Origin: Octopus sinensis
Lineage: Eukaryota
Direction: 5' to 3'
Assembly: GCF_006345805.1 (NCBI RefSeq)
Contig: NC_043004.1
Coordinates: 102,424,001 to 102,488,000 of the forward strand
DNA: 64,000 nucleotides
The position numbers and the translations under genes were made by a program. Below, one piece after another: positions 54,246 to 64,000 of this stretch. The notes beneath the pieces are model-generated. The model saw only the letters and a list, made by a program, of their open reading frames with translations. It was not told the DNA's origin and did not search any database. Positions within the stretch are counted from its first letter, which is position 1, and every line of letters starts with the position of its first letter.

Positions 54246-54438
54246 CTCTTTCTCTTTTACTTGTTTCAGTCATTTGATGCTGGAGCACCGCCTTTAGTCG
54301 AGTAAATCGACCCCGGGACTTATTCTTTGTAAGCCCAGTACTTATTCTATCGGTCTCTTTTGCCGAACTGCTAAGTGACGGGGACGTAAACACACCAGCA
54401 TCGGTTGTCAAGCAATGCTACGGGGGACAAACACAGAT

Positions 54439-54469
<31 letters not shown>

Positions 54470-54629
54470 CGACAGGCTTCTTTCAGTTTCCGTCTACCGA
54501 ATCCACTCACAAGGCATTGGTCGGCCCGAGGCTATAGCAGAAGACACTTGCCCAAGATGCCACGCAGTGGGACTGCACTCGGAACCATGTGGTTGGTAAG
54601 CAATCTACTTACCACACAGCCACTCCTGT
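54246..54629 (-). mobile_element. Full-length OK/OR-like SINE, antisense, in the RNF220 intron
   Basis: Closely similar reverse complement of 48910-49281, sharing CATCTTGGG, CTGCTATAGC and CCAATGCC variants. Confidence 0.88.
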
Positions 54630-54639
54630 ATATGCATAT

Positions 54640-55165
54640 TATTGTGTATCTACCCCTTCCCTAACACCCACTCCCACATATCCCACTTCTACCCCCACCC
54701 TTGCTTTTCACACTCTCGCCTCCCTCACATCCCAACACCACTACACCACCATACCACAAAACACCACATCACCACCATCACGCCCACACTAGCACTGTCC
54801 ACTTCCCAGCACCCACTCCATCATCCACACACGTACGCACACTTGAAGGTCACCAGACCTCTTACACACATACATAGATGCTCTCTTATACACACGCACA
54901 TGCACCTTCATTTTGGGGACCACCACCACTTTATTATCTCCCCTTCTTCCTAGCTCTCCTGTGTGATCCCTCTATCCGGCATTCACCATGATAGATCATT
55001 AGCCTCTACACATTCTTTATTTTCTCTTCCTGTTTCTTTCTGTGGAAGAGCGTAGGCTCGAAACGTTAAAGACTTTTTCACTTCCCGAGCATTAAACTAA
55101 TACATCTGTTTGTTGTCTACACCATCTGCCTTCATCTTTTGTTTTTTTGTGAATTCTTCCCCCTA
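54640..55165 (+). mobile_element. Probable Penelope-like element 3'/pLTR remnant
   Basis: Long C/A-rich low-complexity tract ending in a hammerhead-like motif and a T-rich tail, an arrangement typical of PLE terminal repeats. No coding sequence is retained. Confidence 0.45.
55035..55072 (+). ncRNA. Hammerhead-like motif (A6-to-U core variant) at the end of a C-rich Penelope-like tail
   Basis: TCTTT/AAAGA stem I, CTGTGGA core, stem II GAGC-GTAG-GCTC, GAAAC, palindromic ACGT, GUU triplet. Confidence 0.45.
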
Positions 55166-55192
55166 GAAATATATATATATATACATATATAT

Positions 55193-55470
55193 TGCCAGCC
55201 TCGCCTGGCCCTTGTGCCGGTGGCACATAAAAAGCACCATCCGTTCGTGGCCGTTTGCCAGCTCTGTCTGGCACCTGTGCGGGTGGCACGTAAAAAGCAC
55301 CCACTACACTCACGGAGTGGTTGGCGTTAGGAAGGGCATCCAGCCGTAGAAACACTGCCAGATTTGACTGGGCCTGATGAAGCCTTCTGGCTTCACAGAC
55401 CCCAGTAGAACCGTCCAACCCATGCTAGCATGGAAAACGGACGCTAAACGATGATGATGATGATGATGAC
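55193..55470 (+). mobile_element. RTE-type 3' end / SINE tail ending in (GAT)n
   Basis: GTTGGCGTTAGGAAGGGCATCCAGCCGTAGAAAC...CATGGAAAACGGACGCTAAACGATGATGATG. Fragments of the same tail occur at ~50071-50100 and ~51018-51062. Confidence 0.7.
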
Positions 55471-55537
55471 ATAGTGAACATATGTATGCATAGAGAACAT
55501 TCTAAGAATCAATTAAAATGTGCCAAATTTTTATATA

Positions 55538-56287
55538 CAAGGTGCAATGGGTAAATTGTTGCTATTTTATATATTTTTTAATTTTGCATATTTGCATTGT
55601 TTCTGTTTGATTTTGTTGACTACACAGTATTGTAGGGTCAGCTGGGCACCATCTCTGAGAAGAACAGCACCCTGACACAGTTCACTCTTCCAGAAATTTG
55701 GAAACATGCTGTAGTGCTTAGCATTTGCACTGGCAGCTCAAATGCAATCATATCAGTGTGTTTGGGTATCACTCTGAGGACAGTGCATGCACCTAGAGTG
55801 ATAAAAATCAAACATCCAGTCAACATCATGGTGTTTGGAGTGATCACTAATGATAGCATTGTTATGCCTCCATTCATTTTCCCTGACAGCCTCAGACTCA
55901 GCGAGGAGGCCTACATCAAGTGCCTGGAGGAGGTACTGCTGTCATAGGTCAAGAGGGTGACTGCTGGAAGATCCTATGTCTAGTAACAGGACTCTGTACC
56001 ATGCCACACATGCAAGAGAACCCAGTCATGGCTGTCAGACAATTTGAAGGCAAAGATTATGGCTGCATTCACCAACTTAAACAAGGAGACCGTCCAGTAG
56101 AGTTGCAGTAGATTCTGAAGTTGTCTGGAGGCTAAGGTTGAAGCTAATGATGATTTTATTGAATAAATTTACTCTTTATTATTTCAAGATAATTTTATGT
56201 AATTTTGGTAAATATGTGTTAAAATGAGATGTCAGTGTTATTTTCATTTTTGCATAATTTAGACGGCAATATATTCACCGCACCCTG
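55538..56287 (+). mobile_element. Internally deleted Tc1/mariner (maT/DD37D-like) element
   Basis: TA-flanked imperfect TIRs CAAGGTGCAATGGGTAAATTGTTGC / GGCAATATATTCACCGCACCCTG. Transposase remnant KHPVNIMVFGVITNDSIVMPPFIFPDSLRLSEEAYIKCLEEVLL...QDSVPCHT. Confidence 0.85.
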
Positions 56288-56549
56288 TATATATTACAAT
56301 AAAACATTTTATTTAATCAACATAGGCAATAAAAATATTTCTATTTTGTATTTAAAAATATGCAAATCTAGATACGAAAACTATGTTTTCAAATAAAAGT
56401 TTCACAATAAAAATATCTTTGCAAAGAAATGAAGAATAACAGTTTATTGAAAAGTTTATGCTAAAGAAAAATTTTACTGAAGAAATAGCAATGCATGAAT
56501 TAATCTATGTTTACTAAGATGAAGAAAATCACAGCCTACTAATGACTAT

Positions 56550-57570
56550 AGGGCCACCTCCAATGACACACAAATAGTGAGCAGTGTCCTGCAAGGCACT
56601 GTTTTGGGACCACTACTGTTCAGAATGGCCCTCTCAGACATGCTGTCAGCCACACACACAGTCATGATCACAAGTTATGCAGATGATACAAAAGTCTCGC
56701 AGGTAATACAGAACCCTGAAGACACTATGCACCTGCAATGTGAACTGGATGAAATATACAGGTGGGCTGAAAAGAATAGCATGCAGTTTAATGCTGTAAA
56801 GTTTCAAGCTTTGTGCTATCAGCATGCAAAACTAAATGCAATATCCATTAAATACACTGGACCTGGAGGGATTGCAATCCCAAAGGCACAGTCAGTGTGA
56901 GACCTGGGCATTTACATGAGTAATGAGGCATCCTTCCATGTGCATGTTGCTAAATTGGCAATGAAATGCAGGCAGCTGACCGGATGGATTCTTAGAACTT
57001 TTAGAACAAGAGATCAGGAAACCATGATGGTCCTCTGGAGGACATTTGTCCTTTGACTATTGCTCTCAGCTATGGTACCCAACCAATATCAAATTAATCT
57101 CAGAACTTGAGGCAATCCAACGAAGCTACATGAAGAATATAACCTCGATGCAGAAATAAGCTACTGGGAAAGACTCAAGAGATTAAGTCTCTATTCCTTA
57201 GAGCATAGGCAAGAAAGATATACCATAATATACATCTGGAAGGACTTGTCCCAAACTTTGGCATTATGAGTTACACAAATACTAGAACTAGGCACCACTG
57301 CATAGTGCCAAGGTCTCCAAATTTGCCATCAAGATGTAGGACAAGACACTGCAATAACCTGGGCTTCAGAGATCCACAGCTCTTCAATATCCTCCCGAAG
57401 GACCTGAGAAACCTGCATGGGGTGGATGTAGGTGTCTTCAAAATAAAGCTGGACCTCTTGCTGTCAAGTGTCCCAGATGAACCAACTTTGTGGCAGGAGG
57501 TGCAAATGAGGGCAGCAGCATCAAACTCCCTCCAGCAACAAATGTCAATTGCTAAAAAGCATTCGTGAGG
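56550..57570 (+). mobile_element. 5'-truncated CR1/L2-type LINE (RT C-terminal half and 3' end)
   Basis: QGTVLGPLLF, SYADDTKV, MQFNAVKFQ, LGFRDPQLFNILPKDLRNL and VPDEP...MRAAASNSL, with stops and frameshifts. Confidence 0.9.
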
Positions 57571-57792
57571 TAAAATTATGTAGCAACACCATGTTCTAAA
57601 ATAAGTCGAAAGGTAAGCTACTATAAATCGGCATGAACTTTCCGGACAACCCAATATATACTTATTAGTATGTGTATTTGTAACAGACTAAACTAACAAA
57701 ATAGTTTATAATCTTCTCATTTACTTGAGCACCTCTATAGCAGTCCTGTTAACCCTATTGTTCCTAATAAGAAACAATCACTATTATTATTG

Positions 57793-57824
<32 letters not shown>

Positions 57825-58460
57825 GTGTGTGTGTATGTATGTATATATACGTATATGTATGTATATTTGTACGTATATGTATGTATATTTATACGTATAT
57901 ATACATGTATATTTGTATATATACATATATATGGCGATGAAGGATGCTAATACGAAATAGTACATTACTTCGTCCATAGTTAGACATGCAAAACCATTCA
58001 GTGCAATTTCCAGGAGATGCCGTCTCTGCTCATAGGAATCCCTGTCTATTCTGTGGCCTAACAAAAAGGTACTTAATAGAATTTCTGAATTATTGAAATG
58101 ACTACACGCATATAAATGTACTTTTGCACAATGCAGTGAGAATGAATTTTGAGTAACCGTTAACTTAGTGTAATTTAATTTTCTTTTTCTTTATGGTATG
58201 GACAATGTATATGTGTATGTATATGTATATACATATGTATATGTATGCACATGTGTATGCATATGTATTTGCATATATATACATATATGCATATAGATAT
58301 GTATATGTATGTATATATACATACATATGTATAAGTATATATATGTATGTATATGAACATATATATGTATGTATATGAACATATATATGTATATGTACAT
58401 ACATATTTATGTATATATATATGTACGTATTTATATATCTATGTATATACAGGTATATAT

Positions 58461-58967
58461 GATGTCTCCACACATATACTTGGCTGGTGATTGGAAATAA
58501 GGTAATGGAGGACTTGTCTGAGAAAATGACATTCTTCCACCGTTCTAGGAACCAATTTTGTAGGTTATTACTCCACACTAAACACCTTGCAACGTTTCTT
58601 TTTGAAAGTAGTGGTTTTCTAATTGCAGCCCTCTCATGCAATCTAGCTTTGTGCAGCTCTCGGTGATGAATTTTTGTGGAAACTGTGTTCTGGAGGTGGT
58701 CTTGAAGCTCTGCAGTAATTTTGGGAGCTGTACTTTTGTGATCCTTTCTAACAATTTGCACAAGAGACCAATGGTACCTCTCTGAAAGTTTTGGTTTTCT
58801 TCCGAAGTTTTGTTTTCACGAGGAGGTTTTTCCCTCTTTCTCAAAGGCTGTCGTTGCTTTTGAGACAATACTTCATGATACACCAAACAGGCTTTTCACG
58901 GTTTTAGATTATTTCAAAATTATGATGCTATGAAGCCAGGTGTTTCCATTATTTTGTTCAACCCCTG
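58461..58967 (-). mobile_element. Tc1-family transposase 5' half
   Basis: IVRKDHKSTAPKITAELQDHLQNTVSTK...AAIRKPLLSKRN...WKNVIFSDKS (HTH plus first catalytic D region). Terminal CAGGGGTTGAACAAAATAATGGAAACACC starts at 58967. Confidence 0.88.
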
Positions 58968-58982
58968 TTTATATATATAGGT

Positions 58983-59141
58983 ACAGGAATGGCTGTGTGG
59001 TAACTAACTTGCTGACCAAGCACATGGTTCCAGGTTCAGTCCCACTGCATGGCACCTTGGGCAAGTGTCTTCTACTAAAGCCTCAAACTGACCAAAGCCT
59101 TGTGAGAGGATTTGGTAGATGGAAACTGAAAGAAGCCTGTC

Positions 59142-59177
<36 letters not shown>

Positions 59178-59335
59178 CTGTGTTTGCCCCCCCCCCATCG
59201 CTTGACAACCGATATTAGTGTGTTTATGTCCCTGTAACTTAGCAGTTTGGCAAAAGTGACCAATAGAATAAGTACTAGGCTTACAAAGACAGAGTCCTGG
59301 ATTCGATTTGTGTGACTAAACATGGTGCTCCAGCT
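58983..59335 (+). mobile_element. OK/OR-like SINE
   Basis: CAGGAATGGCTGTGTGGTAAC head, homologous body. Confidence 0.8.
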
Positions 59336-59411
59336 TTTCACAGTTTTAGAGATATTTCAAAATTATAATGCTATGATGCTGGGTGTTTCCATCATTTTTC
59401 CAACCCCTGTA

Positions 59412-59453
<42 letters not shown>

Positions 59454-59461
59454 GACATATA

Positions 59462-60000
59462 CAGGGTGCATGATTTCTTTGAGGACAGATATATGTTTAG
59501 AAAAAAACAAATATAATAACAGATAACTTTACTTGTCAAAATATCCTATGAGGATAAAAATAAACCTTCATTTCTTTAATGTTATTCAGTAAATCCACCT
59601 TCAGCTTCAACAACTGCTTCTATATGAGATTTAAATCATCTACCTACTCTTTGGTGTTATGGGCGTGTTCATTGATCTGTCTCTCAACAATGCTACACAT
59701 GTCATAGTCCAATGGATTGAGATCAGGAGAATGAGGAGGCCAAATGTTAGGGGTTATGTGATCATGAAAATTTTCAGCTATCCATTCCTGTGTTACTAGA
59801 GCCATGTGTGATAGTGCAGAGACTCACTGAAACAAATATGGTCTTCCATTGTATATACTTTCTATCCAATGCTTAACACCTATTTTCAGGACCGCAATGT
59901 AGGCAGCAGATTTAACTGTAAGGCCTTGTGGAAAGAAGTAAGGCGACATCATGTGTCCTTCAGACATCTTCTTCCACCTTGTGCAAATTTGTTAGTTTTT
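59462..60000 (-). mobile_element. 3' part of a second maT/DD37D-like mariner element
   Basis: TA|CAGGGTG terminus at 59460-59468; minus strand encodes QEWIAENFHDHITPNIWPPHSPDLNPLDY. Confidence 0.8.
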
Positions 60001-60189
60001 GTGGCAGTACACTGAAGAGCTGTATGCCTTTAAAACCCTAGACTATTGCAATACCTGGTCCTGAATTTAGATGGAGTGGATGGTACCTTTGGTACAATAT
60101 AATGGCGGCCAGTTCTGGTATTTGTATAACACTCAATGCTAAAGTTAGGTACTAGCTCCTCTAGGATTTTCAATATGTATATTAATGCA

Positions 60190-62015
60190 TATCTCTCCCA
60201 CCTTCACTCCAAGGAGTAGAGCTGTAGTTTTCTCAGCCCATCCCTGTAGCTCATCCACTGCACTGTTTCAATCTTTTTAGTGTAGTGGCATTGGACTGCT
60301 TCAAGCTCTGCTGTTAATTTGGCACTATGTGGTGACCACAACTGGGAACAGTAGTCCAGGTGGCTGAGAACAAAGGTTCTCCACAGGGTCAACATACTTT
60401 CTTGGTCTCTTGTCTTGAAGGACCTCAGTGTCCATCCTGCCAATTGTCTGCATTTTGATGCCATCTTTTGTGCATATGAAATGATGCGTCATTGCACGTG
60501 CTGATACCAAAGTCTTTCACTACCTGTAACTCTGGGATTGTAGTGCCTTCGGGTCTTGTACTGAGTTCATAGTGCAGTGCTTGAAATTTTCCAGCATTAA
60601 ACTGCATGTTGTTTATTTCGGCCCACTGTTTCAGTGGGACCTAAACTCAATATACAAGTTATACAAAATTATCCTGTAACATCCTCTTGGTTTTTTATTG
60701 CCTGTGATAATTTTGTATCATCAGCATAGCTAGTGACAGTGGCTGTCTGAGTGAATGTGGGCATGTCTAAGAGGGCTATTATGAACAGTAATGGCCCCAG
60801 AACAGTTCCCTGGGGGACACCACTTACGATTTCCTCAGAAAGGGTGCCATTGGTTGCAACTAACTGACATCTGTTTTTAAGGAAGTCATGCAGCCACTTT
60901 CCCAGTTTACCAGTGATGCCAAGGTCTCCTAGCTTATGACTTATCATGCCATGATCTACCTTATCAAATACCTTTGCAAAGTCTAGACATATCACACTGA
61001 CCTCTGAATGGTCAAGCAGCTGTTTCAAAACCCAGTCATAGTGCTGTGTGAGACAGCTTCTTCCTGGACAGAGGCCATGATGAGTATTGTTCAGTAGGTC
61101 ATTTTCTTCTAGGAACATTATCAACTTCTTTCTGCTGATTCGCCCCATGATTTTACTGATATGCGAAGTCAGAGAGATTGGCCTGTAGTTTTTGGCCACT
61201 GCTCTGCTTCCATCTTTGTGGATAGGGCATATAATACCTTCTTTCAGATTTTTAGGAAGTATACCACTTGCAAGGAAACTTTGGAAAAGTATCTGAAGTA
61301 GTTTCGCTAAAGCCTGCCTACATGACTTTAGGAGAATAGCTGGGAAGCCACCAGGACCAGCAGCGGAGCATGATCTCATTTCATCTATGGCCACTGTTAC
61401 ATCTGTTTCCTTAATATTGATGTAATTGATGACTGGTGCCTCCTTTTTTAGAGCTGCAATATCAAAGAATTCAGCTGGAATTTTTATTTGCATGTGTCCA
61501 AGGGGAGAAGTGAAGACACTTTTAAGTTGTTCACTGAGTATCTCACTTATCCTTTGTGGGTCTGCCATCAGTGAGCCATTCCCTTGGAACAATGATCCTA
61601 TTTTATATTGTATTGTTGCTGTTTCCTTTGTGAATTTATAGAAAGCTTTTGGGATTTGTTTTTATGCGTTCTACAGCCCTTCTCTCTCTCTCTCTCTCCC
61701 TCTCTCTCTCTCTCTCTGCTCTTTCCCTTTCATGAGAGAGTTTGATGTTGCTTTCAATTTCTAAGAGCGTCCGTGTTAAGACAGATTTCTCTCTATCCTT
61801 CAGTTGCCTATTCAGCTGCTTTGAGATCTTTGACCTACGTCTCATGAGGATTTTTCTGTCCCTGGGAATCTTGTTTGACAGTGTGCTGGCCTTTCTTTCT
61901 TGGACATATTTAGTGCATATAGCTTATAAACTGTCTGAGTTTTTGATCAATGTCTTGCATTCACAGAATGTTGGACCAGTTTTGTTTGTGGATCTCTTTC
62001 TGGATCAATTCTATC
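60190..62015 (-). mobile_element. CR1/L2-type LINE ORF2 remnant (reverse transcriptase)
   Basis: 307-aa ORF 60669-61592 with AAGPGGFPAILLK, YRPISLTSHISK, DFAKVFDKVDH, SGVPQGTVLGPLLF and YADDTK. Continues in broken frames (MQFNAGKFQ; RTFVLSHLDYCSQLWSP). An (AG)n tract is inserted at ~61681-61720. Confidence 0.93.
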
Positions 62016-62379
62016 TTTAATAGCTCTACCCTGAAGCTATCCTATTCCATCCCACTCCACTTCCAATTTATTGTAGCAGCCTCTAATAAACAAAAGCTTT
62101 CTACTATCACAACTCACACTATAACAACTTTGAATACACAAACGCCCAACATATACACAGCCCCAGCATTGAACCCCATATGTTAGACCACAACCATAAC
62201 CCAACTTATCCTACTAACACTATTCAGAATATTACCACAACTTCCACCACCGTTACAGATAGAATAATTAACAACTAAGATAGCAATAATAATGATAATA
62301 GTAATAATAACACTAATAACTTAGACCTTTCTACCCCCATCTCTACCCTCTCCTTGACAGTATTATCTCCTCCATTCCT

Positions 62380-62900
62380 GAAAATAATCCCCAAAATACA
62401 CCCACTTGTAACTGCCATCCTGGGTCCATCTGCCCTCTACAAATCCATTGTAGAAGATCTAATGTAATTTATAAATGCACTATTACACAATTCTACAGCT
62501 ATATATATATATATAGGGTCAACCATAAATTTAAAACAGCCATATGCCACTCATCTCAATTCTTTTAGATACGAGAAACACAGTAAATCCACAACACTTG
62601 CCAGTCATATACATCACATCTCAAAAATAGAAATATTCCCTACATTTTGTCATGGTCCATAATAGATTTAGGGCTTCCATACCAAGGTCAACACTTAGCC
62701 TGTAAGTTATGCTTAAAAGAGGCATTCCACATATTAAAACACAGCTCCTCGACACTGCTATATAAATATAATGAGGCCCTTAGTTCTTGCAACCACCACT
62801 TTTTTCATACCTTCAAATTTTACCATAAATCTAAATGCAACCTAAATAACTACACAGCATATACTCACAACACCCCTTAGGTAATCCCCAACAACCCTAC
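62380..62900 (+). mobile_element. Penelope-like retroelement GIY-YIG endonuclease remnant (pseudogenised)
   Basis: Translates CNCHPGSICPLQIHCRRSNVIYKCTIT (VIY 62464-62472), then YIGST (62510 on, frameshifted by a TA run), KFKT, and WSIIDLGLPYQGQHLACKLCLKEAFHILKHSSSTLLYKYNEALSSC. This is the characteristic PLE C-terminus; flanks are C-rich. Confidence 0.8.
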
Positions 62901-63017
62901 TTAACTTTCCTTTATCTCCATTTCAATTTTTTAACTCCCCTATCTTATTTTAAGGATCTCAGATTTAATACTACATATATGGATATGCAAGCAGATACAT
63001 GTGTGTGTGTTAATGTG

Positions 63018-63082
<65 letters not shown>

Positions 63083-64000
63083 ATATATATATATTTATAT
63101 ATGTGTGTGTGTATGTATATGTACGTGCATATGTATATGCAAATATGAGTGTATGTATGTGTATATATTTATACGTATGTACCTGTATGCGTACATACAT
63201 GTGGCTAAGTGCATGTGCGCCTGTGCATGTTTGCACATATGTGTATATGTATTCACACGTGTGTATGAATACATTTATGGATGCATATGACATGCATGTA
63301 TATATATGTATGTGTATGTATATGTGTGTGTGTATATATGTATGCATGTGTGCACATATATGTATATATGTGCGCTCATACATATGTCATATCTTCTTTC
63401 CCCCTCTCTGATTCCTAGCTATCACAGTAACCTATACAATCACATATGTCTATTTATAGAAATTTGACAGCCTTGTATTCTCCCTTCCACTTGAAATTTC
63501 ACTACTAAAACTACTACTACTACTACTACACCCATACCTTTTCTCTACCCATCCCTTAATGCAGCTCTTTAATATCACCCCTACTCACATATCTCACACT
63601 TATTCATTCCTTACCTTCTCATCTCTGCATCCCTCCCTCACTCCTCTCCCATCCTCCCCTCACATTATCTTGACCACCAACTAACACTCCTGTTCTCACT
63701 TCTTTCACCCTTTCTTCACTTTTTTCTCTCCCCTTTCTTTCTCTTTCTTCTCATTTTCTCTTCCTGTTTTCATTTTGACCTATTTAATCATACCCCCCCC
63801 CCTCATCTATCCACAAATACTACCAATATGTTCTCAAATTTTCATTCACACCACAATCAGCAACACAGAATCCATGGCTCCATAGTTTGAAATGACTAAA
63901 CATGAACTACAATTGGAACTAATGTACCATGTACAGGAAACTTTTTTACCACTTCTATACACCACTTTCCTCGAATAATGGAACTGCAACTATGTTGTCT

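Noticed and set aside
55374-55400. CTGATGA-AGCC-TTCT-GGCT as a hammerhead
   Set aside because: The hairpin is followed by TCAC rather than GAAA, and there is no stem I/III; a chance match in an RTE-type tail.

Overview
AT-rich, microsatellite- and transposon-dense animal genomic DNA whose repeat families look like those of a coleoid cephalopod, most likely Octopus (inferred, not searched). Only one host coding exon is confidently recognisable: the large first coding exon of an RNF220 (RING E3 ligase) orthologue on the + strand (ATG 47438 to GTAAGT donor after 48044). It is followed by an intron that runs past the window end, and it sits in a transposon-poor, CpG-richer zone (~42.5-48.8 kb) that probably holds the promoter(s). 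The rest is mostly mobile DNA: several tRNA-derived SINE families; CR1/L2-type, L1/Tx1-type and RTE LINE remnants; Penelope-like (GIY-YIG) remnants; Tc1/mariner, hAT, Tigger-like and Merlin-like DNA elements; Helitron/Helentron-type non-autonomous elements; and a ~550-bp element that sits inside (AAT)n tracts. There is a 100-N assembly gap at 49971-50070. Almost all ORFs in the supplied track are microsatellite artefacts. The most striking structure is a ~480-bp palindromic element (41219-41700) made of two divergent tRNA-like Pol III heads, each followed by a minimal hammerhead ribozyme of the dimer-dependent type. Other notable items are a second hammerhead-like motif (55035-55072), a candidate recursive splice site or alternative terminal exon 93 nt into the RNF220 intron, a 140-bp-arm near-perfect foldback, and a 184-bp SINE-derived tandem array. 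Coordinates were counted by hand and may be off by a few bases.
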